From positions 3,519,943 through 3,583,942 of the forward strand of contig CM082595.2 in NCBI GenBank assembly GCA_040954595.2: 64,000 nt of DNA, written 5' to 3'. Positions 39,656-51,220 of the stretch are shown in pieces. This DNA is from Balanoglossus misakiensis. Taxonomy: Eukaryota; Animalia; Hemichordata. Under the pieces are notes generated by a model. It was not told where the DNA came from. It was given only the letters and a program-made list of their open reading frames with translations, and did not search any database. The position numbers and the translations under genes were made by a program. The first letter of the stretch is position 1; each line of letters opens with the position of its first letter.

Positions 39656-40470
39656 TTTGATTGTTTACAGGAAGTGTTGGTTTGATTCATTACACGAAAG
39701 GGGTGAGTGCACCATGGCATTGCGGGGACTATCTTGTGTTGACCGATATCAGATATTTCTCTGATATTTACTGCTTTTCAGTGCCTAGAGTTTCACACGA
39801 ACCTTCTGACTCAGAATTATGATGTTAGTTTCACGGAGAGAGTGAGAAAAAGCAAACAGAAACGTAAAAGTGTACCCCCTAGCATACCAGCTCAAAAGTA
39901 GCATAGCCGCATCACGGTGATGTAATCCCTGTCCCCAGGGGGGACATGACCTGAGCAGGGCCTGAACTTTGGGGACACTGGGGGTCCTCCAAACAGCCTG
40001 GGTCTGATCCCATCATGTGCTCGCTTGGCCATTTTGTCATAAATAAGTGTTGAGCTTGATATATTATCATGAAATATCATTTAATAGACATAATTAAAAG
40101 CATATATGAGATTATATAAAACTTTAATTGTTTTATCCAGTCGCAGCTCATGTATCTTTAAACTTCGTACAGAGAAAGTAGACATTTTAGTTCAGTGCAA
40201 TTTCAGACTGATTTACAGGTGGACTGTTTAGTTTACACACCATTTAATATCCACGTTATCTTATCCGGCCCAAGCGTTTATCCTATGTTCATTTCATGTC
40301 TATTTCACCACCTGGATGGAACAAACACAATACCCAGCGCATGCGCGATTGCAATATGACGACTTGATTCTTGGAATTTCCCTTATTCGTTGGAAATGCA
40401 CAGTGGCCTGAGTAGTCCTATTTCCTGCTAAGCCTAAGACTAAAGAGTTTGTTTCTTTCGCTTTTGACAG
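39648..40470. promoter_or_regulatory. Divergent promoter region between SMG8 and the ZAP/PARP12-like gene
   Basis: YY1-like AAAATGGCGG over the SMG8 ATG, ETS-like ACAGGAAGTG at 39667-39676, NRF1-like GCGCATGCGC at 40337-40346, kB site GGAATTTCCC at 40373-40382, IRF-E-like AAAAGCGAAAG (minus) at 40455-40465. Confidence 0.6.
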
Positions 40471-40672
40471 CTTGAGAGAAAGAATCCAGGCTTTACTGTA
40501 TCTCTGAGGGACGAAAAAAGCGTGCAGAAAAGTTCTGAAGCGCAGAGACTAGACACGATCGCACCTGTCGACCGATTGTGGTGGCCTGATGACGGGGTGT
40601 TGAACTGTCTGGCACAAAATGGGTGGAGGCAACCAGTAGAAACTTCAGGTCAACTCCCAGCACACATATGGA

Positions 40673-41211
40673 ATGATGGAAAGACAATACTTCTCCGACA
40701 AAGAAGGTAATTCGCTTCTTAATGCGCGCGTGAAATTGTGCTATTATTACCAGACAACAAAAGGATGCGACAGAACCCACAATTGTCCTCGATTGCACGT
40801 CTGCAGAAATTTTCTGAGCGGCGTGTGCGAAAACGAAAGAAGATGTCAGAAACGACATGCTATCAAAACAGAGCAAAATTCCCGCATTCTAAAGAGATTA
40901 AAATTAACAAGAGTGAGTGAGACAAAACTGCAAACACTTTTGAAGGATTCTCTGCCGAGTATATGCACCGACTACAACGCATCGAGGTGCGACGGACACC
41001 AGTGCGGGCGTTTGCATCTGTGCACTGGTTACATTTTGGGAGAGTGCTCGTCTGATCTGTTTTGTTGTTTGTCACATAACCAAAATAATGGGCGCAACAA
41101 GAAGATTTTGGAGAAATATGGTTTTGCCAATTCCATTGACAATTCAAACAAGTGGATGTCTACCAAGTACTTACTTGTTAATTTTCTTCTTGATGATGAT
41201 GATGATGATTG

Positions 41212-41273
<62 letters not shown>

Positions 41274-44200
41274 ATGGCAGTGAAGGTGACGATTATGGCA
41301 GTGAAGATGATGATGATGGCAGTGAAGAAAGCAGTGAAGATGGTGGTGATGCCATCATCAGTACTATCCAATTATGTCAGGAGAAGGCATGCCCGAATTC
41401 CAACAAATGTGGTGGTGTCCACATTTGCAGGGATTTTGTGAGTGGACTGTGTAAGTCCCAACGCATCTGTGGGAAATCGCACACGTTTGACACTTCACAG
41501 AACAAGAGATTTCTGCAGGCAAACCCGCAGTTGACTTACTTTAAAGACAGCGAACTGTTGGAATTTGTGAAGAATTCTCTACCCAAAGTTTGTGGAAAAT
41601 ACAACCGCCGTGTATGTCAGAAAGATGATTGCAAGTACCTGCATCTTTGTCAGAAGTATGTCCAGGGCGACTGCGAAACCGTCTTTCCGTGCGGCTTCTC
41701 ACACAAACTCAACAAACCATGCAACAAGAAGATCTTTGAGGATCGAGGTATTAATATCCACGTTACCGACCAAAGACCCATTCTGGATTCCATCATCCTG
41801 GATGACTGGATGGAGGATGCGGAAACTGAGACTCCCAAGAATAAGTCAGCCACAGCCCCAAACAAGAAAGTGTCTGGTAACCAAACAGACCAACAGAGAG
41901 GGCCGGCCTCAGACGGGCAGAAAATCACAGGATTGAAGCTCTGCCATTTCTACATCAAGTCGACATGTAATAATGCCCCTCACTGCAGGCAAATTCACAT
42001 CTGTAGGGATTTCCTCAGCGGACTGTGCAAAAGTTACAAAGAGTGTGGCAAATCGCACACATTTAACTTTCCTCACAACAGGAACGTTTTGAAAACACTG
42101 AATCTGCACGGGTTCAGGGAAAAGGAATTGCTAGAAGTTGCAAGAAGCTCTTTGCCCAAAGTATGCGGCAAGTACAACAGGAAACAGTGCTATCAGAAGG
42201 ACTGCCAGTTGCTTCATCTGTGCCAAAGCTATGTTCAGAGGAAATGCACATCGAAGGAGATCTGTGGCCTGTCCCACAACGTGAAAGACCCGCACAACAA
42301 AAATGTCTGTGATGTGTTTGACATCAGCTTGTCTGCCCCTCACTTCCTTCTGACAACTGTTCTCCTTGATGATCAACTTGAAAGCGAGCTTGGTGATGAC
42401 AGAGATGACGTGGGGTCGACTCCAGACAGTTGGGATATTGCACTGGGTGTGGCAGATAATGAAGACATGCATAGGCAGCCATTGAAGGGAGCAAGAAAAC
42501 AGTGGGATAGAGGTGGGTATGGACAGAGAGAGGCTCCCCTCTGGAGACGTGGGAGGGGCCGTGGGAGGGGCAGTGACATCTCGCGAGGAGGAGATTGGTA
42601 TCATGTAACAGACATTGGACAAAGAATCTGGGAAAAGAGTGATCCTCAACCAGACTATGCTTGTGATTTTACACGCAACAAGATGGAGTCCAACAGTGAA
42701 GACGATGACATGTCGTCTGTTTGTTCCAAGTCATCATTTGTTTCTGACACGTCCTCAAAGTTTAATGAGGGAAGAGGCAGAGGGCGACGCAGAAGACAAA
42801 GAAATAGAAGACCAGGCAGAGGAAGAGAGAGGCCAGCTGAAGCAGTGCGGTACTGGCCTAAGGATATGTACTTTGATGAAGACATACACGGTAATACAGT
42901 GCCGGTCATTCCGCCAGCCGAGAGCGCTACCCCGGCGGTCCCTGAACCGAATGCAGCAGGCGTTTTCAAGCTGGTCTTGCAGAAATATCAAGGAAAAGTC
43001 ACCATGGATGAACTGGGGACCAACCAGGATCTGTTTCCTGCTGGAGTCGATGTCGAGAAATGGCTGAGAAGACACGACAGCAAGTTCAACACCGTGGTTG
43101 ATGGTGATGGCCGAACCCAAGTGTCGGTGTTTGAATCAAGGAGTCGCTTGTGCTTCAGTTACAATTCCGACAGAAAGTGCGACAAGGTCTCGTGTGGGTT
43201 TCTGCACATCTGCAAAAACCACGTGGCTGGATTCTGCCGATTTAGAAAAGAATGTAAATTTGCGCACAACTTCGACGAAAAGGTCACCAGGGACAACCTG
43301 AAGAAATTCGGTTTCGACTGTTACAGTGACGAGGAGGTCCTCACCATAATGCGTCTGTCCGTGCCGTTTGTTTGCAAAGATTATGGAAAGAATGGGTCAT
43401 GTAGCAAGGGAAATAGCTGTGAGAACCTGCATCTGTGCAAAGGATACATCACTAACAGCAAGTCGTTCTGTAAACTGCAAGATGGCGAAAACTGCGACCT
43501 ATGCCACAACCTTGACTCAGACCACACGAAGAGCATTCTCAAAAGGTACAAGCTTTCTCATCTGGAAGACCGTCCGGTGCTGAAAACCATTCTGGTTCCC
43601 ACTGATGAGAAAGAGTTTAGGGCGAGAAGACCAAACGCGAGACCTCAGACTGAAGACGCCAGAAACAAGTCCGTGGCTTCGTACGCCGACATTAAGCCGG
43701 CGATAAGTACCGACAGCTCGCACAGAAATCCCGATTCAGAAGTCAGAGAGCCAAGTGTTCGTATCGTCAACAGCAGTGCTCCAATCTGTGTCGACAACTT
43801 ACATGGAAAGTGTAAGAAGGGGGAGAGCTGCATGAATAATCATTGCACAATGCCGTACCAGTGGATCCTGGACCTCGTTTCACCGCTTATCTTTACCGAG
43901 GAGATGAACGAAGCCATCGAGAAAAATTTCTGTGATGTTGCCGTGAGAAAAGTGAAAGCGCCAGGAAGGTACGACAAACATGTCACTGTTTTGTTTGCTT
44001 GATAGAGAAAGGGTTAAAAAAATGCATCCCAGGTAGAAATATATAGACATCCATAGAGATTCTATGATCTTCAAAACTCTGTAGGCTGTAGAATTTTATA
44101 GATATCAATGAAATGTTGTGGGGCAACAGGTTTGTTGTGAAATTCCAGCCTTTCCTGCATCAGATTCTTTGAATTGGTTTATGCAAAACAAACCAAGGTG

Positions 44201-46412
44201 GGCATGATTTATTATGTTATTCTTTTATCCTACCATTTCAGTTTTCATGGTACAACTGTGCATTATGGTAAGCTCACTATTGATTTTGATGACATGCGTG
44301 CCCAAACTGAGCAGCAAAACTCATACAAGATATCTCGACTATCAACTCCCCATGAGAGTAGTATGGCTACCAGTACCACGCCTAGTGCCCTATCTACCAA
44401 ATGGCAGTGGTATTTCAAAGATACTGGTGATGTTTGGACTGAGTATGGTCTTTCTAGTACTGGTCTGGTAAGTTGATTAGCATTCTATAGGCTAGCTGAA
44501 GTAAAAATACACTAATTTATTTCGTAAAAATCACTTGTTAGGCACAATGTTATGTCCAAAGGACAGCCATACATATACCGGTATGTTTTGCACACACAAC
44601 TCATTTTTTGTTTTTATACACAGGCACTGGAAAACATCTTTGAATCAGCATATCTTGCTGACGAAGACAGCTGTACGTTCAAGACTGGCCGTTTTGACTA
44701 TTTGTTGACATTCCGTCACATGAGGCAGACAAACCTGCAGACTTTTACAGAGAGGGACGTTAGACGACGGCCTGTGTTTGTATCACTGAATGATGTGAAA
44801 AGTGCCTTAGCAAGGTAAGTACGACTTATATTTAATTGGCACGAATACTCATGATAAATAAAGAGAAAAATACCTTATATCTGTCTTTCATATGTACCCT
44901 GACTTTTGTTGCATCCTCTTCATATTTCAGCTTGAAAACACAATCTGCAAACCCTGGTCCAAACTTCCCATCCATGTGGACGCGTATATTACCTCCAGAT
45001 AAAGAGTTCATCCGTCACATATTGCCAAGAGGATCACAAGACTTTAGACGTATCGGCGAGCTCTTCAAGAAGACTATGAGTTCAACCAATCAAATTGTCA
45101 GAATAGAAGATATACAAAATCCTCACCTGTGGAGGAAATACCAAAGGTAATCCTGCTCAAATTAACCCCTCTCACCAACATGGTTTAGTCCAGCTCCACT
45201 ATCCCAGTGGTAATTATGGAACACTGAACAGGGAAAAGGGGTAAACTTTAGTTGTAACTCAGAAGACTTGCACATTATGCAAATTTTCAACCACATACAT
45301 GTGTATTGGCATGAGCTGGTGATAACATTCAGGCTTACCCTTTCACCACCATGGTTTGGTCCAAATCCATTGTTTTCTGTGGCAAAGTTTGTCCTCTAAA
45401 GAGGTAAATGGGGGTGAAAGGGTTAAAGAGAACTGTAGTAATGTTCTAGTAAACAAAATCTTTTGAATGTTTTCAATTCCGTAGCCAAAAGGATTACATG
45501 ATGAAGAAAAGGCTGCCAAACCTGGAGAAGTCTCTCTTCCACGGCACTGATGAAGACACGGTACCAAAGATCTGTAAGCAGAATTTTGACTTCCGGGTCC
45601 ATGGAAAGAACGCGACTGTCTACGGGAAAGGATCGTACTTCGCACGCGATGCAAGCTACAGTGATAACTACAGTAGCAGTGGCGGGACAGGGCAACGGTA
45701 CATGTTTGTAGCACATGTTTTGGTCGGCAGGTACACCACAGGAGACAGCTCGTACACGCGACCGCCGGAGATCAGCTCTGAAACGCACGAGCTGTACGAT
45801 TTGTGCGTGGACAGGGCATCCAATCCGAGCATCTATATCGTGTTTTCGCAGGATCAGCATTACCCCAGATATCTGATCACGTACAAGAAAGAAAGCGACA
45901 CGTCTAGTGGTTCCAGCTACGGATTTGGTGCAAGCAGTTACGCCACACCCCGGGCTGTACCTTCGTCAACACGAGTCACGAGTGGTTATAGTTCAGGCAG
46001 TAACACCACATCTTGGGGCGTGCCTTCGTCTACTCAAGTCACGAGTGGTTCCAGTTCAAGCAGTAACACCACATCTTATGGCGTGCCTTCGTCAACTCAA
46101 GTCTCGAGCGGATACGCGCGGGCCAGTAATCCCTACTCTGGCAGCCAAGCTACGAATACCGCTTCAGTCCATCGCACGACACCCTCCGTCTCCTACAGTT
46201 CATACTCTGGAAGTGCCAGTACTTCGACCTCTCGAAACCCATATACCGGTAACGTGCAGTCATCCAGTTCGGGGTATTCGGGAACCGCCGCCAGTTCGCA
46301 ATCCCGAAGCGCATACAGTGCTCAGTCAAGCCAGTATCGTTCGTCATCGGGTTCACGTTCTACACAAGCAACTCCAGTGAAAACAGATAAAAGTGGCTGT
46401 CTGGTAATGTAA
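40673..46412 (+). CDS. ZAP (ZC3HAV1)/PARP12-like CCCH zinc-finger, WWE, mono-ADP-ribosyltransferase; 5 coding exons, about 1618 aa, C-terminal CaaX
   Basis: Exons 40673-43968, 44242-44467, 44624-44814, 44931-45146, 45485-46412, all GT-AG with consistent phases (2,0,2,2). 17 CCCH fingers, an HTH-like segment before module 4, WWE motifs (PYQW; KWQWYFKD...WTEYG; RDVRRRP), PARP motifs IQNPHLW, LFHGT, YGKGSYFARDASYS, NPSIYIVF, YPRYLITY. Ends KSGCLVM*. Confidence 0.93.
41192..41272 (+). repeat. Coding (GAT)n microsatellite giving a poly-Asp linker
   Basis: In frame in exon 1 of the ZAP/PARP12-like gene, between zinc-finger modules 1 and 2. Confidence 0.9.
45162..45426. mobile_element. Two short piggyBac-like mini-elements in intron 4 of the PARP gene (about 45166-45241, degenerate, and 45338-45422)
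   Basis: CCC...GGG ends with TTAA-like flanks; shared core CACCA.CATGGTTT.GTCCA; same family as 36448-36532. Confidence 0.65.
45957..46113 (+). repeat. 63-bp (21-aa) coding tandem repeat, about 2.5 copies, in the Ser/Thr-rich tail
   Basis: VPSSTRVTSGYSSGSNTTSWG / VPSSTQVTSGSSSSSNTTSYG / VPSSTQVSSGY. Confidence 0.85.
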
Positions 46413-49203
46413 CTCATCTGTTGCCACGGTTCCAGTAATGTACAGATCAGAAGGATAGGAGATGTAACTTTGCCAGCTAAACATTTATGCATTACGAGTT
46501 CAAAATGTAATTTTTTGTGAATTTTCAGTGTTTAAAGGTGAAGCTGTAGTGATGATGATATTATAAATAGCTATTACTGCAGTGAAGTAATCAAAGTGAA
46601 CTTTATTTACATGGAAATTATACGAGAAGAATTTATGCACTTTTTGCTGTTCTGTTCTTGATACTTTGAACACTTCAATTTCCATTGTTAGTCAGTGGCT
46701 ATTTCGAATTACTTAAAATAAAAAAAGAAACCAGAGTTGAAACAAATACTGAAAAAAATTGCCAAAAATATGAGTGATTGGGGCTTTATTGATATTGACG
46801 TATTAAAAAAAAACATTGATTTGTGTTTCTTCCTGTAGAGTTTTACTCAATATATTGGGTTTATTTTCAGGCTATCTAGTATATCATGCACTTATCCCCA
46901 TCCTTGCATGGCCATATTTTGTGAATAACCATGTAGCAATAAAATTAAATAAATAACAATTGATTCAAATATAACTTCGAAAGATTTTGTTTGGATTAAA
47001 CCACTAGGTAGATTATTGTTTCTTTAAACATTTGAAATCCTAACTTGATTATTCTGATACATGTATTCTGATTAGCTGTTGTGAAGTTTTGGCTTGTGTT
47101 TGCCCCAATGAGCACAGACAAGACAAAACTCCTTGGTTGATGGTCACCGCCATTCATTTACCTAACGGCAAATCTGATTGGTTGAACAGACAATTATACA
47201 GGTTCTTTTAACATGAAAGGGACTGAAAACAGTATTCGGTATAGACAGGTTTCCAGATAAGACAGGGTTTAGTTTAGACTGGTTTTGCTGCACTTCTTGA
47301 TGTTACATGTAGATCTCAATATTGTGTTTACTAGTTTGTGAAAATCTTGTTGTGTAAGTCATTTAGCCATGGATTTGAAAAAAAAAAACACATTGAACTG
47401 CATAGAAATCTTGAGAACTGGCTGTTGGACACATACATACACACACATGCGTATTCTGCAGATTCCAGAACAAGTTTTTGAACAGCTTATAAATCAGAGT
47501 GGTCTATGACCTTTCAAGTCATATACTTGTCACACAGAAATCAGCGAACTTTGCATTTTTCACAAAGGGCATTTGTTTCTGTCAAGGTTAAAGGGTGGAA
47601 AATACCTAAAACCAAGAACACTTTACCTGGGCTATGACCCAAATCAAAAAGACACAAAAACACACTGATATCTATTAAGGACACCTTTGGGAACACAAAA
47701 TCTGTCCTCAATAGAGAGATGTCCTTAGCAGATAGGTACATGGGGCATTCTATTCAAATTGTAACTGTTGTTTTGAAACAGTGTCCTGATAAAGGAGAGA
47801 TATCTGTAATGGCAGGTTACAGCAAGAATTGTTAATTAACAACATACATACATAAAGCTGATGGTTCAATTTTCTGTAAGCAGGACATCAACCAACAACT
47901 CAGTTAAACGAAAATGGGTGAAATGTAATGTCAAAGATGGAGCTTTGCTCCTTTTGAGATAAATTCGTTTCATTTAAAAATATGTGGTGAATGAAGTGCG
48001 GTTTAATGTGAAATAAAATATGATGTTAATCACCAACCAGTGTTTGAAGTTATTTTTATCGCATCACAAATGAAAATTATTTCAACATTGTTAGAACAAA
48101 CAAAAATGTACATTTATAAACAACCTCAATATAAACTGAAATCCAGTACAGGTCTCAGTGTTAGGATACAGTCCCATAATGGTTGTTGCTTGGAGAGTGA
48201 CAACATTGATTCGAAACATAAATAGATCTTGGCCAAATCAACCAGTCATGGACACATCAAATACTTAACAAGTGTCATGACAGATTACTGACGGTTTACT
48301 ATCTATACTCTGATAACAAATATTTCGAAGGCTACAAGTTGTGACGGCTTCCAACAGGCACTGCAGGTGAGTAGGCCCTAATATATTTTTTTTCCATCCT
48401 CAAAATCTGTCGACTCTCAAATGCGAGTACACATAGTATACGTAATTGTTCGTCCACCATCAATACGTCAAATGAACACCTAGCTGCATTCGCCAGTTTG
48501 TCCAAAGAAAGGATCCCCAGACGAAATGCAACTGAACAGAACGAATAAAATCTCCTGTAGACGAGAGTGATTATTGTCATAGATAAAGAACAGGTGCATG
48601 GAAATATATCATTGTTTGATTTACGTCTATCCTGATCATAAAACTTGCCTTTATTGTAACGTTTCTAACTGGCGTGAAAGTTTAAATGTACATACACATG
48701 TACATGTACAATCACATACACACGCACATGCATATAATACATATACACACATATACAGTTTTCCATCCTTCATCATGTTGCAATTTTGGTACCGTGTGTA
48801 CTTTTTTCATTGTTCTTATCCGCCTGCCTTTAAACTCAATCTGGACTTTAAACAATATGCTTTTTTAATCAGAATCAGATTACCCTTATATTAATTGTAT
48901 ATCTCCGGACATCTTGTTCACATGCACTCAACGAACCCTTAACATGTCATGGTGATGTGACGTAACAAACACTTGTCTCGTCCATAGCAACGTCGATTAA
49001 TATGAGAGACAGCCAGACACAAGGGGAGAAAGAAACAAAGAGGATCGGAGGGAGGGAAGGAAGATGGGCGGACGGGCAGACAGACGCTCAGATAGATAGA
49101 ATAGATAGAGGAGAGAGATAGAAGACAAAAGGAAAGAAAATTTACACCATGTGATGGCCATGAGTGTCTTACTGTGACAATTTTAATTTTTTGAATCTAG
49201 AAA

Positions 49204-50325
49204 ATGGAAATGTCCAAGAGGTGTGTCCTAATCTTCTTCATTCCATTTCACATCGGGTTGTACGTAACTCTCACCGTATTGGTGGCCATCTGTTGTGGAC
49301 TGAAACAGTTTGCCATCTGCGCTACGGTCGGTCTGCTGGGTGAGTAACCAGGTATTGCCATGGTAACCGTTTCTTGGTTAAAGGGGCGTGTGTTCTGTGC
49401 AGTTATGTACAGGTTTCGCCAATTCCAAACTTCAAGTTTCAAAAGTGACCCGCGATGCTGTATAATTACATGTACATGAAGATAAGCTTATCATTTGATG
49501 CTCAATTATAATTATTTGATTTTCCTTCTAGCGCTTTTAATTGGAGATTTCACCGCTGCTAGGGGGGTTTTGGGTACTGGAGGTAATACAAGGGTAAGAC
49601 CAGTCATTGCCACAAAAATATCCTCAATGTCAGCAACAGTAATTCAGATGAACACAAGATTTCTGTTCTGTTTAATTTCCAAACTACAGTTTTTGCCCAA
49701 GTTTCGTCTATTTTTCTTGTCATCGTGGACTGTATAAACGTAACCGAATCAACCAATGACAGTTCTCGGAACCTCAAATGGATTTTTGCTGCTTTGGTCA
49801 GTTTTAACAATAACCAACAGTCCTTCATCTTTTCAGCTACGCTGCATCTTGGCCGCAGAGGTTTCATTTCTTATCTTAGTGATCATTCTGGCCACCACCC
49901 TCGCCAAGGTCAGCGTGACATTATTTCTCCGTGACGAGATGGAGTGTGGGTCTGCCGGGGAGGCAGTGTTCAGCTTCGCTCTCATCAATCTACTCTTTGC
50001 TTTCCTGGTTATCCCAAGTCTCTTCCTCTTTGTAAGTATAACTGTCACTACGAGCAAATTGTCGGTTTTAATATTTTCAAGTAAAAGTCAATATTATATG
50101 GAAATTCCGAATGCAGAAGGATGAGAGGCAGAATACCTGTAGACGTTGCAGTGAAATCCTCCGCGATAGGAAAATATAAACTCACAGTTATGTTGATGAA
50201 GCTGATCGTCATTTATCAGAACTTAACGCTAGCTTCTTGTCATCTTACCCTAGCTGCGCAACGTACCAGACAGACGCATTGCTGACACCACCAGCGGCTA
50301 CTCCGCAGACGACGAGAAACTCTGA
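49204..50325 (+). CDS. Uncharacterised 154-aa four-transmembrane protein, 4 coding exons
   Basis: Exons 49204-49339, 49532-49593, 49837-50031, 50254-50325. Strong donors (GTGAGT, GTAAGA, GTAAGT), pyrimidine-rich acceptors, phases 1,0,0 consistent. AAAATGG start, four hydrophobic segments, AATAAA near 50414 and 50558. Confidence 0.8.
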
Positions 50326-51220
50326 TCACTTCTGGATAATTTTTATCATCTGTTGAAACGTCCACTGGCTTTGAAGAGAACCGAAAGACATTTACAATAA
50401 TTTACATTAAGAAAATAAAGCATAGTCGGTCTGCAGAATTCAGAGATGGGAACTACCTCACCACGCATAATATATGTAGGCTCCGAATTGACATAGAAGC
50501 GACAACTGATAAAGGAATTCACCAGTGACAGACATATATATTTAATCTGGACACCTGAATAAAACGCAATGCTCGGTGACTGCAGTGTACATGCTATACA
50601 AGAATGTAAAGAAGAAAATTCACAAAAAAGAATTCACAAAAGTAAAAAACAACTAAACTATTCGACTTCATTGCGAATTCGAATATCCATTTCTAGTGAG
50701 AAAACGTAAGTTGAAAGATCAAAATGATTAAAAACCTACATTTAGGCGTATTTGTTGTTCTGTTTTATACTTAATTAATTAAATTGACGAGTACCATAAT
50801 TTAATCACGTAGTCAGACATACACTACATATGCAACAGCGACAGGCATTACACAATAAAATGAAAGATGAAACTTAATAATTAAAATTTGTCAATTTTCT
50901 ATGCAAGCTGTCATGTAGTTACGGGGTACAAAATACAAATTTAAGTGTTTTCATATGCATATACAAGTAACAAATAAATATTTCATATCGGTAATCCTCT
51001 TAAAAGACCAAATTCAATAATTCAGTTAACACTGTTACACTCAGGCTATGAGACCAGAATTGGTGTGATGAGACACAAAAATAAATCTTACATATGAATA
51101 TTACATACAAGTAATAATCGTAAAAGGTGGCAATTAATAATTCAAAGTATGACTGAGCTTAAGTACATACCAGGTATTAACCAATGGCTGCAATGTGAAA
51201 CAGCGCCTTGTACAATTTTC

